DNA of 64,000 nt from positions 3,904,001 through 3,968,000 of the forward strand of contig CBDCXR010000004.1 of assembly GCA_965223845.1 (NCBI GenBank). Direction: 5' to 3'. Shown here piece by piece: positions 48,158 through 58,468 of the stretch; positions within the stretch are counted from its first letter, which is position 1, and every line of letters starts with the position of its first letter. The position numbers and the translations under genes were made by a program. The notes beneath the pieces are model-generated. The model was not told where the DNA came from. It was given only the letters and a program-made list of their open reading frames with translations, and searched no databases. The DNA is from Planctomycetota bacterium (GTDB lineage: Bacteria; Planctomycetota; UBA8108; SXIK01).

Positions 48158-51100
48158 ATGTTTCGCGCCGGAGTTTCGTTCTTAGCATTTTCGTGCGGGT
48201 TCGCGTCGATCGTCCTCGCTTGCGGCACCCTGCGGGCGGGCTCGGGGAAGATCCACCCCGATGGAACGATGGATTTCGTCATCAACTATCGTTTCGTACC
48301 GACACCGGCCGATCTGACTCGACTGAAAGACGCTCTCCGCGGTGCGGCGGACATCATTTGCGATGCGACCGACGGAGAGATTCGCTTCGGCGAGATTCGG
48401 ATCACGGGAGGCGCCGTAGCGGAGGACGAAGCGGATATTTGGATTCTGCCGCAGAACGGACGGTCCGGTGTCACCACTTACTCCGACGGAAGCGGCCTCG
48501 GCCGGAACGGCGCGCACATTCGCCTCCACAACGACGATGTCGATGCGGGCATCATCGCACACGAGATCGGGCATCACGCGTTCGGCCTCGGTGAGCAATA
48601 CGACGAACAGCGCCGCTTCGGCGGAGCGTGCGGCATCGGGCGCGGCTTCGAGCTAACGGCGATCGACGACCGCAACAACTCGATCATGCAGCAATCCCCG
48701 GGAGCGTCCGAACTCTCGGTTGCCGCCAACCACGACCTCGTCCGCGGCGACAACGTCGTCTGTCCGGCCATCGTCGAAACTTCGATGATCGAGATCGACG
48801 CTCGACTGAATAGTTCGGCGACCATCGTCGCCTTTGATTCAACAGATTTCGACACGGCGAGGGCGACGAGCGACATCGTCGGCGAAGTTGAAGTCGTCGA
48901 TTCCATCGGAGCCGCGAACGAGCATGCGGTTCTCTTCTTTTTCGAACGTACGGGCTCGTCCGCTTGGTCGCTTCACGTCGGGATCGACGACGGCGACATC
49001 ACCGGTGGAACCGCCGGGGATCTGCGCATTCTGGCGACGATTGGCCTCACCTTCGACGCGACCGGAGCACTCGCGGGGATATTGCCCGCGTCGCCAACGT
49101 TCAAGATCGAAAACCTCACGAACGGAGCGGCGGACCTCGAGATCGCCCTCGACCTCGGGACACTCGGCGCGATGGACGGAGTGCGGGAAGGTGCGGGGAC
49201 GTCGGCGGTCCTGATGTCAGCAGGGGACGGATTTCCTCTTTGCTCGGACTCCGATTGCGCCCAGCGTTGGCACTCGACGAGAACACGCTTCGAGACGAGT
49301 GACCAAACGCTCTTTCAGGGCGACTCCGACTGGGAAACGTTGGTTCGCAACTATCCCTTCGTGACTCCTCCGACCGGCCTTCCTATCGCGGCGATGCCGG
49401 GGAACTGCCGCGAGAAGCTCTCCTTCGTGGAGGAAGTCGAGGGCTCCGACCAGGTGATGCTCTTCATCGATCGCTCCGGAAGCATGGACACTCCCGTCGA
49501 GAGCGGTTCCGATTCGACCCGGCTCGATTTCGCGCAGGCGGCCGCGCGAGCTTTCGTCGATCTTCAGCGAGGGCGAGGCACGGTCGTCGGACTCGTCTCG
49601 TTCGAAGAGTCGCCGCGACTCGACCGCGGACTCGGCGTTCTCAACGACACAGAAATCGAACCCTTGAAGACGACGATCAGCAATCTCGCCGCGGGAGGAA
49701 ACACCGGGATCGGTACGGCGCTGAACGCCGCGACGTTCGAGTTTCAACGCGTTGCCGCGGACGGCCGCATTCGGACTGCGTTCCTCCTCTCCGACGGCGA
49801 GAACAACCGCGGCGAGGATCCGGACGACGCCGCGGAGCGGCTTCGCGCGGAAGGCGTCCGGATCTTCACGGTTCCCGTCGGCTCCGGTGCCGATCGCGAC
49901 CTGCTCGAAGACATCGCCGCCGAGAGCGCCGGCGAAATGCTCGACGCACCCACTGGCGACGAGCTGCCCGCGATCTACTTCGAGCTCGCCGCTCGCATTC
50001 TGGGTCACTCGCTCGTCCTCCCTCGAACCGCGTCGGCAGTGGGCGACGGAGGAGACGGCGAGCCGCCGCGGAGCGAGGGCTTCGAGTTCCCGGTCGAGAT
50101 CGGAACGACGCATCTCAACGTGATCCTCTCGACCCGCAACTCACTCCTCGCGACGTGGACCCCCGAGTTCGAGCTCGTCGGCCCCGGGGGCGAGAGCATC
50201 CGGGAGCACGACACGGAGTTCGTAACGACCGACCCCTACTATCGGCTCATTCGTATTCCCGACCCGACTCCGGGAACGTGGGCTCTCATCGTCTCGAGCA
50301 GTGGCGGAGTGAATCAATTGTCCTTCGTCGCGGCCCACGCCGAAAACCCCGCACCGGATCTCTTCGTGAGCGCGGTACCCCGTCGAGCGACCGCCGCGGA
50401 CACGGTTTCGATCTCGGCGGCGGCGGCGTACGTCGCCGATCTCGATGACACGGTGATCTACGAGGGCTGGGTGAGGCGACCGGACGAGAGCGTCGTTCCG
50501 CTGGTGTTCTCGCGACACCCGGTCTCGGGCACTCTGGAAGCACCTTTCAACGCCTACGTCGGACGGGGAACGTACGACGTGATCGTCACCGCGCTCGCCG
50601 GCCCGCGGACGCACGTCGCGCCCGGCGAGCCGATTTTTCCCGGCCCGGCGGTACCCGATATCCACGTCGAGCCGTTCGCTCGCGCCGCGAGGACGAGCTT
50701 CTTTCTCGACGTAAGCACGTTTCCCCCGTGCCGGAGTCCCGATTGCGACGGCGACGGGATCCCGAACGAAACCGAGACCGAGGACGATCGAGACGGCGAT
50801 GGCCTCCCGAATGATCGCGACGACGACGCCGACGGCGACGACGTTCCCGACGTCCACGAGGGTGACGTCGACTCGGACGGCGACGGCATTCCCGACTACC
50901 TCGATCCCGACTCCGACAACGACGGAATCCCCGACGGCGAAGATCCGACGCGCACTCAGCCCGATCGAAAGTTCCGGCGGGCGGATGCGAACACCGACGG
51001 ATCGCTCAACATCGCGGATCCCATCTTCACCCTGAACGCTCTGTTCCAGGCCGCAGCGCCTCCGCTTCCTTGCGACGACGCCGCGGACGCGAACGACGAC

Positions 51101-51577
51101 GGGAGCATCAACATCGCGGACGCTCTCTATTCGCTCAACTTCCAGTTCGCGAGCGGACCGGCGCCTCCTCCGCCGTACCCGGCGTGCGGTGTCGATCCGA
51201 CCGCCGACAACCTCCGCTGCGCCTCCTATCCGCCGTGTCGCACGCCGCCGGATCTGCGCCCGCTCCCGGTCGAAGACGACGACATCGCCGGCGCGTACTG
51301 CCGCCGAGACGGCCAGGATCTGATCGTCGTCGTCGAGAACGCGGGAGGCACTGACGCGAGATCATCATTCGTCGAGGTCGATTTCGTCGGGACCGGCGTG
51401 GTGCAGCGCGTCCCGACCCCTCCGATCGTGAGCGGAACTCGCGTCGACGTTCTCGTCCCGATCCCGCTCGGTTGTCACGATCCCGACTGCGAGTTCCGGA
51501 TCACCGTCGATGTCGACGACGTCGTCGCAGAATCGGACGAGCTCAACAACCAGGCGAGCGGAATGTGCCGGGGCTGA
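48158..51577 (+). CDS. Secreted CLCA-like metalloprotease with vWA, TSP3-like, dockerin-like and CARDB-like domains
   Basis: GGAGG RBS before ATG 48158; DATDG..F..IRI..ADIWI and HEIGHHAFGLGEQY (CLCA-N type HExxH); DRSGS/T/LSDGE MIDAS; DxDGDGxPD repeats; FRRADANTDG dockerin; VAESDELNN (CARDB). Confidence 0.82.
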   Translation: MFRAGVSFLAFSCGFASIVLACGTLRAGSGKIHPDGTMDFVINYRFVPTPADLTRLKDALRGAADIICDATDGEIRFGEIRITGGAVAEDEADIWILPQNGRSGVTTYSDGSGLGRNGAHIRLHNDDVDAGIIAHEIGHHAFGLGEQYDEQRRFGGACGIGRGFELTAIDDRNNSIMQQSPGASELSVAANHDLVRGDNVVCPAIVETSMIEIDARLNSSATIVAFDSTDFDTARATSDIVGEVEVVDSIGAANEHAVLFFFERTGSSAWSLHVGIDDGDITGGTAGDLRILATIGLTFDATGALAGILPASPTFKIENLTNGAADLEIALDLGTLGAMDGVREGAGTSAVLMSAGDGFPLCSDSDCAQRWHSTRTRFETSDQTLFQGDSDWETLVRNYPFVTPPTGLPIAAMPGNCREKLSFVEEVEGSDQVMLFIDRSGSMDTPVESGSDSTRLDFAQAAARAFVDLQRGRGTVVGLVSFEESPRLDRGLGVLNDTEIEPLKTTISNLAAGGNTGIGTALNAATFEFQRVAADGRIRTAFLLSDGENNRGEDPDDAAERLRAEGVRIFTVPVGSGADRDLLEDIAAESAGEMLDAPTGDELPAIYFELAARILGHSLVLPRTASAVGDGGDGEPPRSEGFEFPVEIGTTHLNVILSTRNSLLATWTPEFELVGPGGESIREHDTEFVTTDPYYRLIRIPDPTPGTWALIVSSSGGVNQLSFVAAHAENPAPDLFVSAVPRRATAADTVSISAAAAYVADLDDTVIYEGWVRRPDESVVPLVFSRHPVSGTLEAPFNAYVGRGTYDVIVTALAGPRTHVAPGEPIFPGPAVPDIHVEPFARAARTSFFLDVSTFPPCRSPDCDGDGIPNETETEDDRDGDGLPNDRDDDADGDDVPDVHEGDVDSDGDGIPDYLDPDSDNDGIPDGEDPTRTQPDRKFRRADANTDGSLNIADPIFTLNALFQAAAPPLPCDDAADANDDGSINIADALYSLNFQFASGPAPPPPYPACGVDPTADNLRCASYPPCRTPPDLRPLPVEDDDIAGAYCRRDGQDLIVVVENAGGTDARSSFVEVDFVGTGVVQRVPTPPIVSGTRVDVLVPIPLGCHDPDCEFRITVDVDDVVAESDELNNQASGMCRG
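50740..50945 (+). repeat. Thrombospondin-3-like Ca-binding repeats (DxDGDGxPD/N), five copies
   Basis: DCDGDGIPN, DRDGDGLPN, DADGDDVPD, DSDGDGIPD, DSDNDGIPD in the translation. Confidence 0.85.
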
Positions 51578-51628
51578 CGGAACCATCTCGGAAAGGACTC
51601 GAGACTAGTTCGATTCGCGCTGCGCGAT

Positions 51629-53617
51629 TCAATCCGCTGCGGCCTCGACCTTCCCGAAGAACTCCTCTTCCGAAAGAAGCCCGACGTCGAGGTCGCGCGC
51701 CTTCTTGGCTTTCGAGGTCGTCGAGTTCTGATCGACTAGAACGAGGTACGTGAGGCCGCGGCTCACGCTCGCCGCCGCCGTGCCCCCGAGCTGCTTGACG
51801 AGGTCCTGCATCTCTTTTCGCGTGTAGCGCTTGCCGGTCTCCGGGTTCTCGCGCTGGATCGCGCCCGTGAAGCAGAAGCTCATGCCGGCAAACGGTCCGT
51901 CGGTCGAGATCGGCGTCGGCTCCCCTTTCTGCGGCTCGACGCCGACCGCGCGCAGGCGCGAGATGCGTTCGGCGCGCCCGGCGAGACCTTCCGCCGCCTT
52001 CTCCGCGAGGATCTCCGCGAAGCCCTTCACGGACGCGAGGTCCTCGGGTGAAGCGGCGACCATCTTCGCGAGCGTGTCGTACTCGGCGTCGATCAGCATC
52101 TGAGCCCGTTGCCGCGAAAACTCGGGGATGTTGAGCGCGGCGATGAAGCGCGCGAGCGGCGGCTTCCGCGTCGCTTGAATGTTGCTCACGAACTTCGCGG
52201 CGAGAGTCTCCCCCATGCGCTCGAGCGGTGTGAGGTCTTCGGCGCGAAGGCGGTAGAGATCGGCCGGTTCCGTGACGAGCCCCCGCTCAATGAGGATCTG
52301 CACCCACTTTTCGCCGAGGGCGTCGATCTCGAGCTCCTGGATCCACTTGAAGATGTCGCCGTAAGCCTTTCCCGAGCACTCGGCATTCGGACAGATGAGA
52401 TGCTTGCCGACGAACTCGAGCTCTGCGCGGCAGGTCGGACACTTCTTCGGGATCTTCGGTCGCTTCGTCCCCTGCGATCGCACGACGCGCATCACCTTCG
52501 GGATCACGTCGCCCTTTCGCTCGACGAGGACGACGTCGCCGAGACGAACGTCGAGCCCGCGGACGTAGTCGGCGTTGTGTAGCGATGCGTTCGAGACGGT
52601 GACGCCGGCGATCTCGACGGGCTCCAGCCGCGCGACCGGCGTCACTCGCGCCGTGAGTCCGAGTGACCAATCGACCTCGCGGAGGATCGTCTCGCGTCCC
52701 TCGGACGGGAACTTGTACGCCATCGCGAAGCGGGGGCGATTTCCCCGCGAGCCGAGCTCGCGCTGCTTCGCGAGCTCGTTCTCGCGCACGACGAGGCCGT
52801 CGATCTCGTAGTCGAGCTTGAACCTCTCGCCAGCGCGCCCCTCCTCGCCTTGGTACCGCGTGTAGATGGAGCGAATCTCGTCGACTTCGCAGTCGACATA
52901 TGTCTTCGCGAGCGAAAACCCGAGCTCCTTTTCGAGGTAGTGCATCTTTTCGCGCTCGGTCGCGAACGGCTGCTCCGCATCACCGGCCTCGCCGATGACG
53001 ACATCGAAGTACCGCATCTCGAAGTGACGGTTGAGCGAGCGGTCGCCGTGCTTTTTCCGCACGGTTCCGCTCACGGTATTCCGAGGATTGGCGAAATCCC
53101 GCCCCACGAAGTGGCGCTCGAAATCGCTGAGGCGAAGGATGACTTCCCCGCGAACGCTTCCCGTGAAGCTCGTGCCGATTCGCGTGCGCACGTTTTTGAA
53201 GTAAACGGCGTTGTGCGTGACGACTTCACCGACGATTCCGTCGCCGCGCGTGATCGCGTCGACGAGCTCGCCGTTCTCGTACTCGAGCTCGAGGCTGATG
53301 CCGTCGAGCTTTTCCTGGACGAGAAAGAGCGGCCCCATCTTCCCCGTCCACGCGTCGAGCTTGTCCTCCGTGATCTTCTCGAGCGATCCCATCGGGATCT
53401 TGTGCGTCTTCCGCGGAAGCCCGGCGCCTTCCGGCGCGGCGCCGATCTCGCCGAGCACCGGACTCTCCGGCGCGAGGTCTCGGAGCTCGTCCTCGAGTCG
53501 ATCGAACTCGAGGTCGGAGATCTCCGGCGTGCCACCGTAGTAGAGCCCGCGGTGACGCCGGATCTCGGCTTCGAGATGCGCGATGCGATCCGCGTCGCGC
53601 CGTTTCGCATTCGTCAT
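51629..53617 (-). CDS. ligA: NAD-dependent DNA ligase
   Basis: YYGG.PEISDLEFD, PMGSLEK, EKLDG, TRGDG..GE.VT, FANPRN, EIDGLVV, AMAYKFP, GDVIPKV, Cys4 Zn finger, HhH, BRCT. Start at ATG 53617. Confidence 0.95.
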   Translation of the reverse strand: MTNAKRRDADRIAHLEAEIRRHRGLYYGGTPEISDLEFDRLEDELRDLAPESPVLGEIGAAPEGAGLPRKTHKIPMGSLEKITEDKLDAWTGKMGPLFLVQEKLDGISLELEYENGELVDAITRGDGIVGEVVTHNAVYFKNVRTRIGTSFTGSVRGEVILRLSDFERHFVGRDFANPRNTVSGTVRKKHGDRSLNRHFEMRYFDVVIGEAGDAEQPFATEREKMHYLEKELGFSLAKTYVDCEVDEIRSIYTRYQGEEGRAGERFKLDYEIDGLVVRENELAKQRELGSRGNRPRFAMAYKFPSEGRETILREVDWSLGLTARVTPVARLEPVEIAGVTVSNASLHNADYVRGLDVRLGDVVLVERKGDVIPKVMRVVRSQGTKRPKIPKKCPTCRAELEFVGKHLICPNAECSGKAYGDIFKWIQELEIDALGEKWVQILIERGLVTEPADLYRLRAEDLTPLERMGETLAAKFVSNIQATRKPPLARFIAALNIPEFSRQRAQMLIDAEYDTLAKMVAASPEDLASVKGFAEILAEKAAEGLAGRAERISRLRAVGVEPQKGEPTPISTDGPFAGMSFCFTGAIQRENPETGKRYTRKEMQDLVKQLGGTAAASVSRGLTYLVLVDQNSTTSKAKKARDLDVGLLSEEEFFGKVEAAAD

Positions 53618-55671
53618 GACGCAGCCGAGCCGACCCGCCGGAGCGCGACACGGTTGTCGTGAAACGTCGAGCCACCGCCGAGCTCCGTGAGGCGTGCACT
53701 CGCGAGGGTGTTGATACCGCGGCCGCACGGCGAGTGGCTCGGCCACCAGGTGCCTTCCGCGATGACGACCCCGCGCTGCGCTTCCTCCGTCACTTGCGCC
53801 CGGAGACGGGCGGTGCCGTGCTCGTTCGAGAGCTCGATCCAGTCGCCGGACCGCGCGCCGTCGGCATCGGCCGGGTGGACGACGCAGCAGGGTTCGACAC
53901 CTTCGCGCCGTCGCGCGCGCTCTCCCCAGCCGAACGAGCTGTTGAGGAACGCGTGGGCGGGCGGCGTAATCAACCGCAGCGGAAATTCGTCCGGACGTTC
54001 GTCGAACGGGTCACCGCGGTAGTCGACGAGTGCGTGCCCCTCGGACTCGAGTTGCTTCGCGTAGAACTCGAGCTTGCCGCTCGGCGTAGGGAACCCGTCT
54101 TCGTATCCGCTTCGCCCGCGCGGGATGCTGAGCCGCGTAGTCCTTCCCGCGAGAACATCGTCGACGTCGATTCCGTCGAAGTTCGAATGGGACGTCGCGG
54201 CGAACATGGCGCGGACGAACTCTTCCGTCCTCATCCGTGTCCACGCATCCTCGATGCCGAGTTTCTCGGCGAGCGCCTGCGCAACCGCGAGGTTCGAGCG
54301 CGCTTCTCCGGGCGGCGGGATCGCGGCCTGCGCATACTGAGTGTAGAGACTACCGTAGCTCTTGTAGAGATCGTCGACCTCGGGGAAGGCCACGGCCGGT
54401 AGGACGATGTCGGCGAATCGCGCGGTATCCGTAAGAAAGCGCTCGTGGACGACGGTGAAGAGATCGTCGCGCTCGAGTCCCGCGTGGACGCGGGCTTGGA
54501 GCGGCGCCGTTGTCGCCGGGTTCGTGCCGTGAACGTAGAGCGCCCGAATCGGCGGATCGTTCCACTCGGTGAGCGCGATCCCGAGATCGGTCATGTTCAT
54601 CTCGCGAACGGACTCGGCGCGCCAGTCGGGACGACGAACGGGATCTAGGTTCAGCTTGAACTCGCACCCCGAGTCGTAGAGCACTCCCCCACCGACCTTG
54701 CGCACGGCGCCGAGAGCACCGGCGAGGCAGCAGATCGCACGCATCGCAGACGCTCCGTGGGAGCTCCGCCCGAGCCCGATCCCGACCTTGAAGAGCGGCG
54801 TCTTCGCGTCGGCGAGTCGGTGGGCGAACGCCTCGATCGTCTCGGCGTCGATTCCCGTGATCGCTGCGACGCGCTCGGGCGAATACTTCGGCAGGATCTC
54901 TGCCGCTAAGCGCTCGTAGCCGACGGTCCACTCGGCGATGAACCCGCGGTCGACGCGATCCGACCTCTCGAGGACGTGCATCAGCGACAGCGCGAGCGCA
55001 GTATCCGTTCCCGGGCGCACTCGAAGCCACCGATCGGCCATCTTCGCGGTCCGATTGCGGTAAACATCGATCACCCAGAGCGGCGCGCCAGCATCGCGCG
55101 CTTCGTTCACGAACGGAACGAGGTGCACCTGCGTCGTCGCGATGTTCGCTCCCCACACGGTGATGAAATCCGAGTGGACGACGTCCTCGAGATCGACTCC
55201 GTAGCCGCCGCCGAGCACCGCCTCGTACCCGGCGTCGGCGCCGTAGTAGCAGATGTTCGGACGGATCTCCGTCGCGCCGAGCCAGTGGAAGACCGCGTCG
55301 GGAGCGTTGCGGTTCACCGTCCCCATCGTCCCGGCGTAGTAGTAGTTCAGGATCGATTCGCCGCCGTGCTCGCGGCGGGCGGCGCTGAACTCGTTCGCGA
55401 TCGTATCGAGCGCTTCGTCCCAAGAAATCGGCCGAAACGAACCGGAGCCCTTCGCGCCGTCGCGGCGAAGCGGATGGAGCAAGCGGTCGGGCGAGTTGAT
55501 CGTCTCCTCGTACGCGCCGACTTTGCCGCAAAGGAAACCGCGCGTGATGGGATGATCGGGGTCGCCCTCGAAGCGGATCGCGCGGCCGTCCCGGATCGTG
55601 ACGAGCACGGAGCACGCGTCGGGGCAGTCGTGCGAACAGACGGTGCGAACATGAGATTCGGAGTCGGACAT
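53614..55671 (-). CDS. Molybdopterin-dependent oxidoreductase (DMSOR superfamily, uncharacterised CxxDCPDxC subfamily)
   Basis: CSHDCPDAC..GDPDHP.TRGFLCGK (4Fe-4S), ISWDEALD, RPGTDTALA, TDTARFADIVLPA, FPTPSGKLEF, FLNSSF; no Tat signal. Start at ATG 55671. Confidence 0.92.
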   Translation of the reverse strand: MSDSESHVRTVCSHDCPDACSVLVTIRDGRAIRFEGDPDHPITRGFLCGKVGAYEETINSPDRLLHPLRRDGAKGSGSFRPISWDEALDTIANEFSAARREHGGESILNYYYAGTMGTVNRNAPDAVFHWLGATEIRPNICYYGADAGYEAVLGGGYGVDLEDVVHSDFITVWGANIATTQVHLVPFVNEARDAGAPLWVIDVYRNRTAKMADRWLRVRPGTDTALALSLMHVLERSDRVDRGFIAEWTVGYERLAAEILPKYSPERVAAITGIDAETIEAFAHRLADAKTPLFKVGIGLGRSSHGASAMRAICCLAGALGAVRKVGGGVLYDSGCEFKLNLDPVRRPDWRAESVREMNMTDLGIALTEWNDPPIRALYVHGTNPATTAPLQARVHAGLERDDLFTVVHERFLTDTARFADIVLPAVAFPEVDDLYKSYGSLYTQYAQAAIPPPGEARSNLAVAQALAEKLGIEDAWTRMRTEEFVRAMFAATSHSNFDGIDVDDVLAGRTTRLSIPRGRSGYEDGFPTPSGKLEFYAKQLESEGHALVDYRGDPFDERPDEFPLRLITPPAHAFLNSSFGWGERARRREGVEPCCVVHPADADGARSGDWIELSNEHGTARLRAQVTEEAQRGVVIAEGTWWPSHSPCGRGINTLASARLTELGGGSTFHDNRVALRRVGSAAS

Positions 55672-55892
55672 CGAGATCTGGCGTCTCCCGTCGAGCGGTC
55701 GCCTGCAATCATTTCGCACCGCGAAAGGGCGGTGCTTCGGATCCAGACGAGGACTCATTCTCGCGGTCTCGATCGACCTTTTCAACGGCGGTGAGTGCGC
55801 GGTTGACGATGGCGTGATGCCGCGGACATCATTGCACGCGCGTCGCGATCGATCCGCCGACGCTCACGCCGTCCACCCGAGTTTCACGTCCC

Positions 55893-58337
55893 ATGAGCAC
55901 GAAAACTTCACCCGCTCTCGAAAGCCGCTTCGCCGATCTCATCGCGACCGAGATCGGCAGCCGCCGCGCGCAGGTCGAGTCCGCCGCGGCGCTTCTCGCT
56001 GAGGGCGCGACCGTCCCCTTCATCGCGCGCTACCGAAAGGAAGCGACGGGTGGGCTACTCGACGAGCAGCTCGAGACCCTCGCGAAGCGAAGGGAGTATT
56101 TCCTCGAGCTCACGGAACGACGCGACGCCATCCTCGCGAGCATCGAAGAACAAGGGCGCCTGACGGACGAGCTCGCCCAGTCGGTCCGCTCGGCTCTCAC
56201 GAAGCAGCAACTCGAGGATCTCTACCTTCCCTACAAGCCGAAGCGCCGAACGCGCGCACAGATCGCTCGGGAGCGAGGGCTCGAGCCGCTCGCCGATCGG
56301 ATCGTCGAGCTCGCGGGGACCGAACGAGCGCCCGCGGAACTCGCCGAGGAGTTCGTTTCATCCGAACGCGACATCGCCGACGCCGACGCCGCGCTCGCGG
56401 GTGCCCGAGATATCCTCGCCGAGCGGATCGCCGAGGACGCGACGAACCGAGCCCGTCTCCGCGAACGAATGGAAGAGAGCGGCGCGCTCCGCGTGCGCGT
56501 CGTCGACGAGGAGAAGGAAGGGGCGGCCGTCTTTCGCGACTACTTCGACCATACGGAACCCGCCCGCGGACTCCCTTCGCACCGCATGCTCGCGATCGCG
56601 CGCGGCGAACGCGAGGGCGTCCTCGTCTCGACACTCGAGCTCGACGACGACGCGGAGATCGCGCAGATCGGGGCGCGCTGGGGCGTTCCGCTGACGACAC
56701 CGTGCGGCCGCGAAATCGCTGACGCCACTGCGGACGGGTACCGCCGCCTTCTCCGTCCGTCGATCTCGACCGAGGTTCGCCAGTCGGTAAAGGAACGCGC
56801 CGAGACGGAAGCGATCGCCGTCTTTCGCGACAATCTCGAGGCTCTCCTTCTGCAGTCCCCGCTCGGCGAGCTTCCCGTGCTCGGGCTCGACCCGGCGTAT
56901 CGAACGGGTTCCAAGCTCGCGGTCTGCGACCCGACCGGTCGAGTCGTCGCAACGGGAGTCGTCCATCCGGTCGCCCCAAACGCGCGCGAGAAGGAAGCGG
57001 CGGCGAAGCTGCTCGATCTCGTGAAGACGCACGCGGTGAAAGCGGTCGCCGTCGGAAACGGCACGGGAAGCCGGGAGACCGAGAGATTCGTGAGGCAGCT
57101 CTTCAAGTCGGAGGGGATCGCGGTCACCGTCGTGATCGTTCCAGAGACCGGAGCGTCGGTGTACTCCGCGTCCGAGACGGCACGAGCGGAGCTCCCCGAT
57201 CTCGATGTCGCGGTGCGCGGAGCCGTCTCGATCGCGCGACGGCTCCAAGATCCGCTCGCCGAGCTCGTCAAGATCGAGCCGCGTTCCCTCGGAGTCGGGC
57301 AGTATCAGCACGATGTCGACCAGCGAAAGCTCGCGCGCGAGCTCGACATTGCGGTCGAGAAAGTCGTGAACCGAGTGGGAATCGAGCTCAACAGCGCGTC
57401 GGCGTCTCTCCTCCGGCGGACCTCGGGACTCTCCGAGCGAATCGCGAAGTCGATCGTCGCGCACCGCGAGGCGAACGGACCGTTCAAGACTCGGGGAGAT
57501 CTTCTCGCCGTCGACGGATTCGGACCGAGGACCTTCGAGCTCGCCGCGGGGTTCCTCCGGCTCCGAACCGGGGAGCATCCGCTCGATCGAACCGCGGTTC
57601 ATCCCGAGCGCTACAAGGTCGTCGAAGGTATGGCGCGCGAGCTCGGCGTCGAGCTCCGGAGTCTCGTCGGCGACGCGAACCAGGTCGCGAGACTCGATTG
57701 GAAGCGCTTCGCGAGCGACGAGGAGGGACTCGGAGAGTTCACGCTGGAGGACATCCGCCGTGAGCTCGAGCGACCCGGACGCGATCCGAGACCGGAGTTC
57801 GAAGCGCCGGCGTGGCGGGACGACGTCGTCGACATCGAAAGCATCGAAACGGGAATGACGCTCGAAGGACGGGTCTCGAACGTGACGAACTTCGGCGCGT
57901 TCGTCGACCTAGGCGTCAAGCGCGACGGCCTCGTCCATCTCTCCGAGCTCTCCCACGAGTGGGTCGACGACCCGCGCGACGTCGTCCGGGTCGGACAAGT
58001 CGTCAAGGTGAAGGTGCTCGAAGTCGATCGGGAGCGCGGGCGCGTCGGCTTATCGATGAAGGCGCTCACGCCCGCTTCGGCGGGGAGGGACGGACCGCGA
58101 GCGGGTGGCCGCACAAAACGAGATCGGGGGCCGGATCGAGCGGGAAGGGAGAGCTCGACGAAATCGACGTCGGCCAGCCCACGCGCGCGGAGAGAGCAAT
58201 CGAAGTCTCCGGGAGCATCGCGCGACGACCGGCGAAAGCACGAGCGAAGAAACGAGCGAAGAAACGAGCGAGATGCGGATCCCACTCGCGAGACGACGGT
58301 CGACGATTTGCTCGAGAAGTGGGGTCGGCGGCATTGA
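55893..58337 (+). CDS. tex: Tex-family RNA-binding transcriptional accessory protein
   Basis: GATVPFIARYRKEATG, LEDLYLPYKPKRRT, GLDPAYRTG, GASVYSAS, GAVSIARRLQDPLAELVKI, S1 domain FGAFVDLG. Confidence 0.96.
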   Translation: MSTKTSPALESRFADLIATEIGSRRAQVESAAALLAEGATVPFIARYRKEATGGLLDEQLETLAKRREYFLELTERRDAILASIEEQGRLTDELAQSVRSALTKQQLEDLYLPYKPKRRTRAQIARERGLEPLADRIVELAGTERAPAELAEEFVSSERDIADADAALAGARDILAERIAEDATNRARLRERMEESGALRVRVVDEEKEGAAVFRDYFDHTEPARGLPSHRMLAIARGEREGVLVSTLELDDDAEIAQIGARWGVPLTTPCGREIADATADGYRRLLRPSISTEVRQSVKERAETEAIAVFRDNLEALLLQSPLGELPVLGLDPAYRTGSKLAVCDPTGRVVATGVVHPVAPNAREKEAAAKLLDLVKTHAVKAVAVGNGTGSRETERFVRQLFKSEGIAVTVVIVPETGASVYSASETARAELPDLDVAVRGAVSIARRLQDPLAELVKIEPRSLGVGQYQHDVDQRKLARELDIAVEKVVNRVGIELNSASASLLRRTSGLSERIAKSIVAHREANGPFKTRGDLLAVDGFGPRTFELAAGFLRLRTGEHPLDRTAVHPERYKVVEGMARELGVELRSLVGDANQVARLDWKRFASDEEGLGEFTLEDIRRELERPGRDPRPEFEAPAWRDDVVDIESIETGMTLEGRVSNVTNFGAFVDLGVKRDGLVHLSELSHEWVDDPRDVVRVGQVVKVKVLEVDRERGRVGLSMKALTPASAGRDGPRAGGRTKRDRGPDRAGRESSTKSTSASPRARREQSKSPGASRDDRRKHERRNERRNERDADPTRETTVDDLLEKWGRRH
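58240..58271 (+). repeat. In-frame 12-bp tandem repeat (ACGAGCGAAGAA, about 2.7 copies) in the Tex C-terminal tail
   Basis: Read directly from the sequence; encodes ERRN repeats. Confidence 0.8.
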
Positions 58338-58468
58338 AGCACACTTCCGAGGCCCTATCCCTCGCCCAGTAGCTGCTGGCGAAAACGCCCCCCGTATTCA
58401 TAATCGCCCGTTCGTCCTCGTCTCGTGTTCGCGCGGTCCCATCCCTTAGAGATCGAACTTCACCCCCG

